Assembly: GCA_965153455.1 (NCBI GenBank)
Contig: OZ234493.1
Coordinates: 27,146,213 to 27,210,212 of the forward strand
Source of the DNA: Sphagnum compactum
Lineage: Eukaryota
Length of the DNA: 64,000 nt
Direction of reading: 5' to 3'
A program made the translations under genes and the position numbers. Below are positions 51,792 through 63,574 of this stretch, in pieces. The notes under the pieces are model-generated. The model saw only the letters and a list, made by a program, of their open reading frames with translations. It was not told where the DNA came from and did no database searches. Every line of letters begins with the position of its first letter. The first letter of the stretch is position 1.

Positions 51792-53780
51792 ATGGGTTTG
51801 AGTGTACAAAAGAGAATGAAATGGAGAGATTTGATGGTTGTGGGTAAAGCTCCTTTGCAGCATGATGAAGCAGGTCGGCCGGCATATGAGTTGGCCAATG
51901 TGAAATGGGTGAGAGACTTGATTCTTCGAATAGTTGTCATCAGTTTTGGTCTGGGCTTGATCACTCTTTTGGCATCGTACTCACAACATTCAAGGAGGTA
52001 TGGTGCTCAAATCTCAATATCCACCCACCCATAGAAATTTCTTTTTTATCATTTGCCCTAACCAATAATGCTATAGTTGCCCTCATATTTTTGACAACCC
52101 CAATTCTCTCTCAAGGTCTCTTGAATGTCATGAGTATGTCTTTTAGATTCTCCTAATTGGAAGATCTCCTCCAAGCACCAATTGGATTTAAACCCTAGGT
52201 TGAAAAATCTAGAATATCTCGATGCTAAGGTTGATTACACAATGATCTTGTCATTGGGTTCACACGAGCAATCACCTATTGTTGTAAGATTTGAAGGGCT
52301 ACACAACCAATATGATAATTATGCTCCAAGTTTCCCTACACATACAAAAGAGCTTTCCTACATCTTGAATCCTTGAAATATGCCAAAGCCAAAGATTAGA
52401 GAGTAAATGTTTGAACTATGGCTTTAAGTGTTCCTTCAATTTGTTCCCTACATTGGGTTAGGCATCAAAAGTGTACATAGATTGCATTATGTTGTCACAC
52501 ATAACGTGTGGTCAAGTGGTATATGAATCTGAAAACTTTGAAGGAGTTTTGAACTTGGTTGTTGTTTAATTTTGTCATGCAGCTATGATGATGCACTGTC
52601 ATCAATAGGTGATGAGCAACTAGGAACAAAATGTGCATCCCAATTGTTCCCTCCTAAGTATTGGATTGGCCATTTCAACGAGCCCAAGAAGGCTATCGAT
52701 AGGCCCAGTGGGAAACAAATGTTTGGGACTATTGTAGCACAACACGAAATCTGGAGGCATCAAAATCCAATTAGATGTGACAACAAGAAATTCCTCCTGT
52801 ATGTCATGCTAGGTTGGGCCAATGGCATCGGCTCTACATTGCATGTGGCTACAGTGGCATTGCGAGCTGCGCTAGACACAGATCGCATTCTTGTCTTGTA
52901 CCCAACACCTAATCACCTATGGATGAATGGCTCATATTGTAAAGATTTCAATACTCTTGATGAATGCTATTTTGAACCATTTACATCATGTTCCGTGTAT
53001 GATATATTTGGTGGAGAATTAAAAGCATGGGATAGCATTCCAGATATTGATATATGGGGTGTGAATGATCAATCCCACTTGAGGATAATTAAAGCTCACG
53101 TCAACACAATTGGATCATATTGGCACATGAAAGCAGGAACACCATACCGATTTCATGAAATCTTAATGAAGTCAGGCATGCATGAAGATAATTGGTATCA
53201 TTGGTGGCGTGCACAAGCGGTGGCATACTTTGTTCGTCCTAATGTTCGCACCTTACGTGAACTAGATCATCGTCGTCAATATCTTTTTGAAAACAAGTCG
53301 ATCAAGGCAGGAACAATCTCTGTTCACATTCGACATAACGATAAATGGAAAGAGAGTCCTCCGGCTGCAGATACGAATTACTTGCGATTGGCAGACGAGT
53401 TGGTGAAAAAGTTCCCGGACATTATTACCATACGAAACATCTTTCTTAGCACAGACGATGCAGATTCATTCAGCTTCTTTCAGAATGTGACGAAGTGGAA
53501 CAATGAGACGAAGTGGAACGTGGTGTGGACAAATGTGAGCCATTTCAACGATTCCGCCATCAATCCTATGCAATTCAAGAATACAATTGGTTGGACAGAA
53601 GAGTTTCTCAATAGCTTGCTCAATTTGGAACTCGCATTAGAATGTGATGCCTTTGTTGGAGTTTACACCTCCAATTGGAATAGACTCATCGATGAATTAC
53701 GTTCCACCATTAGATGTAAAGCACATCTACCTTATGTGGATGTTTTCCAAGGATGGTCCTTGTCCAATTTTGATTGGTAG
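51792..53780 (+). CDS. Putative alpha-1,6-fucosyltransferase-like glycosyltransferase (GT23/FUT8-NodZ-like), type II membrane protein; exons 51792-51997 and 52583-53780
   Basis: Exon 1 encodes a cytosolic tail and TM helix LILRIVVISFGLGLITLLASY; GT-AG intron joins in phase (AG|C = Ser). Exon 2 has NGIGSTLH, WWRAQAVAYFVRPN, fucosyltransferase motif I ISVHIRHNDK, motif II IFLSTDD and motif III LNLELALECDAFVGVYTSNWNRLIDELR. Alternative in-frame ATG at 51723. Confidence 0.8.
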
Positions 53781-54839
53781 CTACAATTTACTTATTACAC
53801 ACCTAAATGCTAATATTAATCATATTATTTCTTCATATCATTCATTAATCATGCATTTTTACACAATTTTTGGTACTTACAAAAAACCTTGTATGTAAAA
53901 GGCAACTCAAACTATGTCATTGTTTTGGTGGTCACAAATTGAGTTACAAAGGATCGATCATATTTGTGACTTTTCTTTTCCATTTGTCTTGTATTATAAA
54001 TGTTAAGTTTACAAGTGCTTGTAAAATACCATAAACCCAATAGAACTACACATGAAGGTTGTTAGGGTTAATTTGAATTTACAACAAAACAAAATGTGAG
54101 GACATCATGGAACCTATATAAGTTGGTGTGATTAGAAGGCATTCTCTTGCAAGATATGTCATAATTGTTCCCTTTGTTTTCAAAGGTGAGTTCTTTGAAT
54201 AAATAAGTTGTTTTTTTTCTTTCTTGGTTAACCATGAATAGAAAAAAGGATACACGGAACTTTTAGTTTGCCTATAAGTATTGAATGAAAGGCTCCTCAC
54301 TTCATAGTGCACCTAATAAAAGTGTTGGCATTTTTCTTCAAATGTGGGTGCCCAACTTTTTCTTGGGGTTTAACTTGATGTACAAATGTGGTTTTACCTA
54401 CTATTTAATCAATTTGGTTGACCTAGTTACCTTCATAAAGGCAAGTAAATTGGAACAAGTTAGTGTTGCTCATTAGACTTTCAAAATTGAATACCTTGAA
54501 GAATTATATGTTATAAAGGTTTTGATTTTCCTTTATATTGTACTCTTAACTATGAATGTCACGATTTTTACAAATAAGAATTGGGCACCATTCCTAATTA
54601 ACTTTCATTGTTACTTAACAAAAATCTAATAAAAAGGTTGTCAACCCATACGAATAAAAAAATCAAGAAACATTTACTTTTGTTGGTATATTTGATTTTA
54701 TTCGTACTTTATATACATGGGTTCATAAAGTTAAATATTTTACATTTTTAAAGTCACATCTTGTTTTTTAAAGGATCCTCACGTTTTAAACAATGATTTA
54801 AAAATTCCTTCAATGACTTGTCACAAATCTTCAAACGAG

Positions 54840-56750
54840 ATGTTCTTCTTAATGACTTTGTGAAGATGCTTGTTGTTGAATAATGTGCACATGTACCACA
54901 TCGATTTCTTTTGACATCACCTTTTCTCATACAAAGACTTGACATTTGATCATTTTACTATTATTGACATGTTCATAATACAATGTTTAATCCTAAATCC
55001 ATATGTTTGTCATCGATTGAACATATGTTTCCTCAACCAAACAACCTTTTTCATTTGTGTAAATATATTTCACTTTAATTGAACTTGATTCAACCTTTTT
55101 TTTTCCATGCCCTCATATTAGTGAATTTTCAATTTTTAAAATATAACCATGGATAATTTACTTTTTTGATTGCTTACTCAATTGGCATCCATGAAGGTTC
55201 CCAAATTAATATTATCCCTTTTTTATGCAATTTCATGAGATTTGTGATGCCTTTCAAATACCTACAATTTTGTTTTATTGCGTTAAAATGAAGTAACTAA
55301 AATTAGCTAAAAATTGGTTAACCAATGAAACTAAAAACTTGATATCATGTTTATAATTCACAAAGTAAAAAATTTAAACTTTCCCACCATCTTCTTGTAG
55401 TGACAACTTATGTTTTATACATGCTTGGTGCGTTCCTATAGCATCTTCATTTTGATTAAATTGCAATTAGCCATTCCAAAACATATTTGTTCAACATTTT
55501 TTCAATGTATTATGTTTTATACATGAATATGCCTTGGTGAATGTGAAATTAATCCCAAGATAATGTCCAATTTTTCCCAAATCTATCATTTTAAACAACC
55601 TTTCTACAATTATTCCAAACTTGGCAAATCTTCTTTTTAGCAAACCTTCTTTTTAGTGTTACCTATATATAATGATAAAATCATCCATATAAACCATGAC
55701 TATTAGCATGTAACCTTTTTTATACCAAAAATAAAAATTAAAGCTTGCTCCACATTTAATCACATGGATAATCATGGAAAAGTTATTTTTAAAATCATAC
55801 CTTCAAGCTTGAAAAGTCTAATGAAATCCAAAACATTATGCCTTTTTCAGGTTGCAAACCAAGTGGTCATGCCCATACTTCATGAATCCTTTAGGTTTAT
55901 TCATGTATCGTCCTCTTTGAAATCATTGTTCGAATTGATTTAAATTCCATTTTTGAGATTCTCCAAGTATGATGTGATGTTTTTTGTTATAAATTTTTTT
56001 TAATTGTGCTCCACTTGATCAATGGTGCAATTTTTTTTTGAAAGTTTCAACTCTCCTTTCAAACCCTTTGGCCACTAACTTGGCCTTGTACTTCAATTTT
56101 TTTTAATGTGGAATCATTTTTCACCTTATGAACTCACTTATTTATTATTTGCCTTTTTCCTCAAGGTCACTTAATTAATTACCATGTTTGATTATGTACT
56201 TGTTAGAATTCAGATTTCTATATAAACCATTGCCAATTGCCACCACTCATACGTTACCACTTTTGTAATTATGGTAAGTCATGAAATTGTTTGGGCATTA
56301 CAATTGCTCTCCTAGGTAGTGAATGTGGCACAAATTAGTTTTCTTTTGTTCAATCGAACCACATAATGATATTTTAATTCCTTAGTTCTTCATTGAAATC
56401 ATTCCTTTATGAACAAGAATTATTGATTGCATGAACATATCTCTAATGTAAATGTGCTCTCATAAAAACTACACCCTTGAAATAATTCTCTTACTAAAAA
56501 TTGTTATCATATTATAAAAAAAAACCACTTAGCTCATATGAAATTTAAGTGTTTGGCTTTAAAAGTGAATCATCCAATTATTATGTCTTCATAGTACTTG
56601 GTTTGCATGTCTCATTAAATGAAACATTAATGTTTATCATAGGTACAATAGTTTCTTTGTCCTTGGATCAAATGACATGTAAGCTTTACTATGAATATCG
56701 TAACTCATTGACCAACATAGCTCAAACTTTAAATCAAATTTCTCTTCAAT
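54840..56750 (-). mobile_element. Highly decayed Ty1/Copia pol remnant (post-integrase SH3 region, RT, RNase H end)
   Basis: Minus-strand fragments in Copia order: KFDLKFELCWSMSYDIHSKAYMSFDPRTKK (~56745-56650), KYKAKLVAKGF (~56093-56061), LIVMVYMDDFII (~55706-55671; YVDD-like), MIDLGKIGHYLGI (~55590-55550), SIFTKSL (~54870-54850). Confidence 0.8.
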
Positions 56751-56999
56751 CGCTAGTAGAAATCTTGTCATTTGCAATTGTTGTATGCAATTGATTTTTA
56801 ATTGCATGTGACACATGCAACTATTAAACCCCATAGTTGCATAAGACAAGTTGCACATGACATGTAATTGCATGTGACAATATGAATGCGGACAATATAT
56901 ACGATGTGGATTCATATTTGTCCATCTATATACTTTATGAAAGTTGCACATGCAACTAGCTGGGTGCAACTACCATGGTGACCATTTGAATTTTTAGTG
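56751..56999. mobile_element. Possible small CACTA-type non-autonomous insertion adjoining the Copia remnant
   Basis: Ends CGCTAGTAGAAA ... TTTTTAGTG (CACTA-like) with internal GTTGCA/GCAACT repeats. Termini are degenerate. Confidence 0.3.
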
Positions 57000-59616
57000 A
57001 CCAATCATATGGTGACATGTTGCATTTGATCCATATTTCAATATTGAATATTATTTTAAATTAATAATATTTAAGCCATCCAATAAATTATGAATTGGAT
57101 TTTGACATGTGTCCATATGTTGAAGTCAATTATACGGTGACAAATGGCAATAAAAAAACCCCGATGATTATTTATAAATTTATTATTAGGTATGTAAGTA
57201 GGTAGGTCGTAAGTAAATAGGTCGTAGGTAGGTAGGTAGGTAGGTGGGGCTAGATAGGTAGGACGGGAAGCCTAGTTAGGTTTTAAATTATTTTATTTTA
57301 TACTTGGTTGAACTTCTTTTAGTGGCTCATCCCAAAAAGCCCTTGGTATTTGGTTTGTGAAGAAAACTAATGCATATGCTTATATAGTGCACACAATTGG
57401 AATGTAAGATAAAACATATTGGATAAAAATTCAGTTGTAAACACAACCAATTTAGTTGCATGGTACATGCACCTACTACATTGCACCTATGTAACATTAA
57501 TTTAATTTACTAAATATTTACATTATTTATAATAATAATAATAATAACAATAAGTAATGAAATTAATATTTTAAAAATTCATTATTCATATTAGTTATAA
57601 CTTTTGTTGTAATTAATAATGAATGATAATATCATTGCTTAACTTAAACTAATAATTGGTTTACACCAAGATACTTATAAGCTAGTTAGTTAGTGTAGCC
57701 TACTAACCAGAGTTAGAATAATTAATTATTGGAGAATAATACTAATTATCAATAAAATATTATTTTGATAGTTATAATATTATATTAATGAATATTATTA
57801 TAATATTATCAATTTAAAGCTAGGAGCTAGCCTAAGCTGAGGTTTTTATGCTAGGTAATGAAACCTATTAGCCATAGGTATACTAACATAAGTTGTCATG
57901 TTCGTATGCATGGCCTCATACATGACGGCCGTTTACGGGCATGCCAATCATGCCTTTAGGGTTAATGTACGTTTTTAGGTTACTATACGCTATTAGGTGT
58001 TTTAGGGTTATGGCTTGTTTAGGGTTTCAACTTTGTTGACGGCTGTATAAAAGGCCAAGCTCTTCCTTTCTCGTCAGTTTTTCTAGAATTCCTTTGTCAG
58101 AGAGAGTTTCTTCCATAGTTAAATTAGATTTCTAGATGCTCACAATGGCTATTACACGGCCAAAGTTTACATACACTACGTTTTCTTTCCTTTTTTAAAT
58201 TTTAATTCTAGAAAAATTGCTCTTTATCACTTAATATTGAAAGCGTTAGATTTTTCCTGGCTTTGAATTTCTTGGGCTTCTTTTACTTGCTGGTTTTTTA
58301 TGTTCTTGAATTGCTATTATTTTTTTTGCTGCAAAATCCATTTCTACCAATTATAGAGGAGAAAGCCATAGGTGTAGTAAGCCCCTAGGTACCACTACCC
58401 AAAATCCTCACCTAGGCAAGAGTCGCCATTGCTTCAAGATTAGAAGAGAAGCCAAGGAGGCGTTGGAGAAGCGATGAGCGCAGGTGCGTGCGTACGTGTT
58501 GTAGCACAAGAAGAGAAGACAACACTCTTTTAGTGGGGGACTAATCTGCAGCGACAAATCAAGTCCTTCTCCTCCTCTTGTAACTGTTGCTGCTTACTAC
58601 TGGGTGAGTAAGTTCGAAAATTTATTAAAGTTAGACTTTCGCATTATTACTTGCGGGAGAGCTTGATCTGCTGTTGTTGTCACAGCCACAGCGACGACAA
58701 GGATATCTCGATGGATGCAGTGCCGAAGCTGGTATGTGGGATCATTTTTTCGTTCAAAAAATTTCTATCATCAATCTGCTCTTCTTGCTCACACCTGCTA
58801 TGGAACATTATGATCATGATCTTCTTCCAGCATATGTTTTCCCGCTTTAGGGTGTGGTTGCTGCGATCCCTCCCGTCCGGTGTGGTGGTCTAGACCCAAA
58901 AAGCTCTCGTGGGTGTGGGTTGTTGTTGGTAGAGAACTGTAGACCTAGAGTGGGTGGCTAAGGTGAAATGTTTGTCGACCCCTTAGCTCCTCGCTACTAA
59001 ACTAGACGTCGCTCGCTCGCTCGCTCCAAGGAAGCTCCTAGCTTTCCCTATTCTTCCTTCGTAGATTCGTTGTTACTCTTGTTTTGTTCTCCTCCAGCTT
59101 GTTTCTGGCAGTAGTAGCTGGTGACGACGTTCTGTTGGCGCGTTCTCCTCCCTCCTACAGCTGACCTTTCATCCCCTTTCTCGTGCGTTAGTGGACATCG
59201 CGTGGATCATCATTTGTTGTGCACAAGAGGAGGCGGAGGAAGCCTTGAAGATTCTAAAAAACTGCAGGGCCAAGTGCAGCATCAAGCAAGAAGGAAAAAA
59301 AAATTCTCTTATGCACACCATCGCTGCAGAGCTCCTGGGCGATCTGCAGTGCCACATCGCCGCCCGCCTTGCTGTAGAGCTCCTGGGCGATCTACAGTGT
59401 CGCGTTCGTAGCGCTGTTTGTCGCATCACCGTCGCTGACGTCTGTCCATCGACGTCCGTCCATAGACTTCCGTCCATTGACATTCGTCCACAGATTTTCG
59501 TCCGTCGCTTTTCATCCTTGTCGACGTGCCGTATTCTTCAAATCATATGTACCATGTACATACGTATCTAATACCATTTTCTTCAAGTCGTATCTAATGC
59601 TCTGTATTTCTACAAA

Positions 59617-60700
59617 ATGCCCTCGGATGATGATAGCACTATCGCTCAACCAGAGCCAAGGTATCAACTACGAAGTAACACACAATTATTTGAGCCAATT
59701 TCTTTGAGCTCACGATCTTCACGACGGTACCATCAAGTGTCTACAACGTCACCGTCATCCAGTACAACTCCTATGAGGATTTCAGGTTCAGGTTACACTA
59801 CATCAACGGTACATCATAGTACAACAATTCTTTGTTGTTACCGCAAACATTCTTCCCACCATTGATGCACTAGCTTTTGTTGATCCAGTGGGGGAATTTT
59901 TTCGAGTTCTTGAGCTGGAATTTTCGATCAAGAGTTCTGAATTTTTTTTGCAGCTTGCCACCTTTTCTCCGCAAAAAGATGAAACCCTCAAGATGCTCTA
60001 CAAGAGGCTTCTCAAGCTCAAAGAGGATACTTAAAGCATCATAGACCTAAAAGCTACCCATCGATATCTTCAATCGTTGGAAAGTACTCCAACACTCCAT
60101 GCATAGGTTTTGCAATGGGTTTTTTGGATAATTTGGAGACTCATACACTTTGTTGGATGTGTACAACATTTCTGAAAAGCTGGAACTAGTTCATGCACAC
60201 TATGAGGCCAGTACTATGAGGCCTCCATCATGTTCAAGGCCCGAGCCTCCACCAATTGCACCAATCAAGTCATCACATTGTTCTTCAAGGGCTAAAGCAG
60301 TGCGTTCGACTGCACCCATCCTACCTTTTTGCAACTACTATGGCAATTTTGCCCACAAAGCTAGTGAGTGCAACATTCCTTCCGAGGATCTCTTTTGTGA
60401 TTATTGTGGGAAAGAGGGACATAAGGAAGTTGTTTGTTTTGCCAAGTTCCTGGAATAGAAGCAACTCCAATTACCACAGCAAAATCTGTCAGCATCTTCC
60501 GCTGCTCCTTAACCAAAAGCCAAGGCACCTTAGCCTTCCACTTAGGCTTTCCCCACCAAGGGTAATTCCAATAAGAATGTTAAGAAAAAGGAGCACAATG
60601 TTGACAAGAGGGAGGTGCTTCAAGCCCATGCCGCTCAAGTTCAAACTTTGCAAAATGAACTCGAATCATTGAGGGCCTAACTTGCTAATCTAAAAAACAA
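59617..60700 (+). pseudogene. Gag-like region of the Gypsy element with two CCHC zinc knuckles (disrupted)
   Basis: MPSDDDST... then DPVGEFFRVLELEF...QKDETLKMLYKRLLKL, CNYYGNFAHKASEC (one Cys mutated) and CDYCGKEGHKEVVC (CX2CX4HX4C), then coiled-coil-like QVQTLQNELESLRA. Several stops and frameshifts. Confidence 0.8.
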
Positions 60701-61579
60701 GTCTTCCCAACCAACTAGTCATGCCCAACCTATACAAGGTTTAGGATCAAGGGAGGGACCTCATAGTTCTTTCTATGGCCTCTCACATGATGCCATGGTT
60801 GGAGAGTATGTTTTTTCCAGTGCACACAATTCTAGTCTCACACCAAAATTTGCCACTTCTTTTTGCCCTTCCTATTTCGCGGCACAAGAAGCTAGTGTGG
60901 CACCCAGAGTTTCTGCCGCTAGGCACGTAATTCAAACTGATGGACTCACATCTAGTTCAAGTCCTATTATCAGGGCTAGAGGAGCTCGAATAGTCATGCC
61001 ATAATCTTTTCATCCTTTCAACACGAAAGAAGAACGCACCTTGTTGGCGAGGGGGGAGGAGACTACTACACCACAAGTTGCTAGGGCATCAAATTCTCGT
61101 GTCCCAGGAGTACATGTACATCAGGAAAACACATAATTTTCCACTGATCAGCTTATGGAGTGCCAACTTCAAATGCGTGAGGTGGCGCAAAAGCTTGTGA
61201 GTACACCGTTGTTTAGTTTTCAAGATTTGAAGCTAAGCATTAGGGACATAATTGCAATACTAAAGGATACCCTGAACACTACATCAGGTCCTCTACCAAT
61301 CCCTGATCCACATGCTACAAGGGTCCCATCCAACACCTTGGAGAGACACTCGATTGGCTCACGTGTTGTAGATGGCATTCGTAATCTGGTCACTAGTTCT
61401 AACATGGCTAAACTAGTGGGCTCTCCTACCTCTGATTCTACATTCACATATCAGAAGGGAACTAAGAATACCTCACTTGTGGATTTGTTACTCATCAAAG
61501 GTGTTGTGGATAGTTATTCTTTCCACAAAGTCTCTCACTCATTTACAAAGGTGGTGTCTAGTGAAAGAACTTCCATCGC

Positions 61580-61980
61580 CACCAGAGTTGCCATTGTTGA
61601 CAATACTGAGTCAGCAATGCAGGTGGGAGGACATACACCCAGAGTGGTACTTCTTGATACAGGTGCCCAACCAATGATTCTTGGAGTTCAATTCGCCAAG
61701 AAGATGGGCATGCTCGACTCCAAACTATGGAAATCTATGTGGCAAATTCGCATCACTAGTGGGAGCGTAGAGGAGGTATTTAGGGAGAGCTCGGATTTGA
61801 TTACACTTAATTTCAATGACGGTACAGATCAGGAACTTTGCCTATAGGTCAGATGTTTAGTCACCAATGCCACCAGTTACGATGTGTTCATTGGGCAAAA
61901 GGCCCTATTTCCACCAAGTTTCACAATTGACAATTGGTTCGAGCATGCGTACTACCGAGTGGATTGGGAGACTGATGGCC
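61580..61980 (+). pseudogene. Retropepsin-type aspartic protease of the Gypsy element
   Basis: RVVLLDTGAQPMILG (DTG catalytic motif, ~61641-61685) and downstream VTNATSYDVFIGQ (D-x-hydrophobic-I-G motif); in-frame stop at 61845. Confidence 0.85.
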
Positions 61981-62309
61981 ACCACTGGGATACATACCCC
62001 TTGATTTACATGGGAACCATAGTCCTATGGCTCACCATTGTATGTTGAAAGAAACACACACCATTTCTTACATCCAACAAACTAGCCATGTGGATAGAGG
62101 GAGATGAAAAAGAAATAGCTTACGCCCAAGCTACTGAAAGCTTGAAGGTGGTTCCTACTAACATTCAACACGGACCAAAGGTTTTATAGAGGTTCAAAGC
62201 AGCCCACGAGCCCTTGGTCATAGCTCTGTCTAGTTTTGAGAACATGGAGAGCCATGGCAAATCGATTAAGCCAGTACTTCGTCAGCTAATCACCTGGACA
62301 CCCCCTAAG

Positions 62310-63240
62310 GAAGGGATTACATTACAAGAGCTCTTTGGTGGTATTGGTATAGGTCTCGAAACCCTACTATAGTCAGGGATGGTGGTTTAGAAGTTTTTAT
62401 ACGTAGACATTGATCCTATTGCAAGGCACTTGGCGGCATCGAGAATGATGGAGCTCATAGCCAGATTTCCACAACAGTTTGCAACCACCACATGGAAGGC
62501 CAGTTTCACTTTCTTGCCCTTTGACATACAACTAATTCAAAAGAAGCATATGGAATTACTTGGCTCCATGGACCTCATCATTTCAGGTTGTGAGTGTCAA
62601 GGATTTGGAGAAGGCTTGAGTGACACAAGATCCGGTCTCTTCACGGACATGGTACGATTGATCATTTAGGCTCAATCCATTTCTCCTACGCTTGATATGT
62701 GATTGAAAACACCCCTTCTCAACTTGACCAGAGGGAGAAAGTCCAGGAGCACTACACGCTGGTCAAACATTACCTTAGAAAATTGTTCCTACTCGATGTG
62801 GCACAATGCGATTCATGTGCGCACCAGCTGCGCAACTGGTGGACCAACCTTGCACCACTCTCATTTTTGCAGTTGGTTTTGAAATATACCATCAGATTCC
62901 CCAACCTACAGGTTTTTCACATATTGGATGATCAGAGCTCCTGCCAACCAGTTACAAGGTAAAAGAAACCTCCTTGGTTTCCTACGAACATAATAGGAAA
63001 ACCAAGAGGTGCTTGGCCCACCTTTGTCTCCTTCCCAGCAACACATGCCTTTCAGGGAGTTGGACCAGGCCTAGTGTATCATCATGCTTCAGCCACTTGG
63101 GATGAACCAAGCCCAAAAGAAAGAGAAAGGGTTATGGGGTTCTAAACTGGCAAACTAGTCACACTAAGGTGACTAGACTGGAGCATAACGCTCTACTGAG
63201 GAGAGGCATGGACCTAAATTCCCTTACATGGTTGTTGGTA
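62310..63240 (+). pseudogene. DNMT3-like C5 cytosine DNA methyltransferase domain embedded in the retrotransposon polyprotein (disrupted)
   Basis: Motif I ITLQELFGGIGIGL (62316-62357); motif II YVDID; motif IV DLIISGCECQGF then GLSDTRSGLF (catalytic Cys codon 62595-62597); motif VI YVIENT (~62696-62713); motif VIII DVAQCDSCAHQLRNWWTNL (62795-62851); motif IX EPSPKERERVMGF; motif X VTRLEHNALLRRGMDLNSLTWLL (63169-63237). Stops at 62370, 62388, 62667, 62960 and 63143, plus frameshifts. Confidence 0.88.
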
Positions 63241-63574
63241 ACTTGTGTATTCTTTCAAATTTACACAACACCAGCACTGATTCAATCAACTTGCAGTTCT
63301 AGCAATGCGACTACATGGCACCCCAACCAAGTACACTTGCCTATCTTCAACACTTTACACTTCACTCTTAGTGTTGGGGGGGAGGAGGTACCATGTAATT
63401 TGATCAAGTTGTTTCTGATACACTTGGAGGTACATCAACTTCTAAAGAAATAATTACAACCTTCTACGAATCTGCGCAGTTGGATAATGGAGAACCCAAT
63501 ACAGCAAGTTCTTCAACACATTTTCCAACTCCATTCCATGTGTTTCCAACTACCCTTTCATTATGGGGAACCAG

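Noticed and set aside
59121-59707. Overlapping ORFs upstream of gag (e.g. 126-aa 59191-59571)
   Set aside because: Non-ATG starts, an internal short duplication and no domain similarity; more likely the element's GC-rich leader.
62310-63240. Interpreting the MTase as a bacterial restriction-modification gene or contamination
   Set aside because: It is colinear with Gypsy protease and RT, shares their decay pattern, has DNMT3-like motifs VIII-X, and there is no adjacent endonuclease or prokaryotic operon structure.
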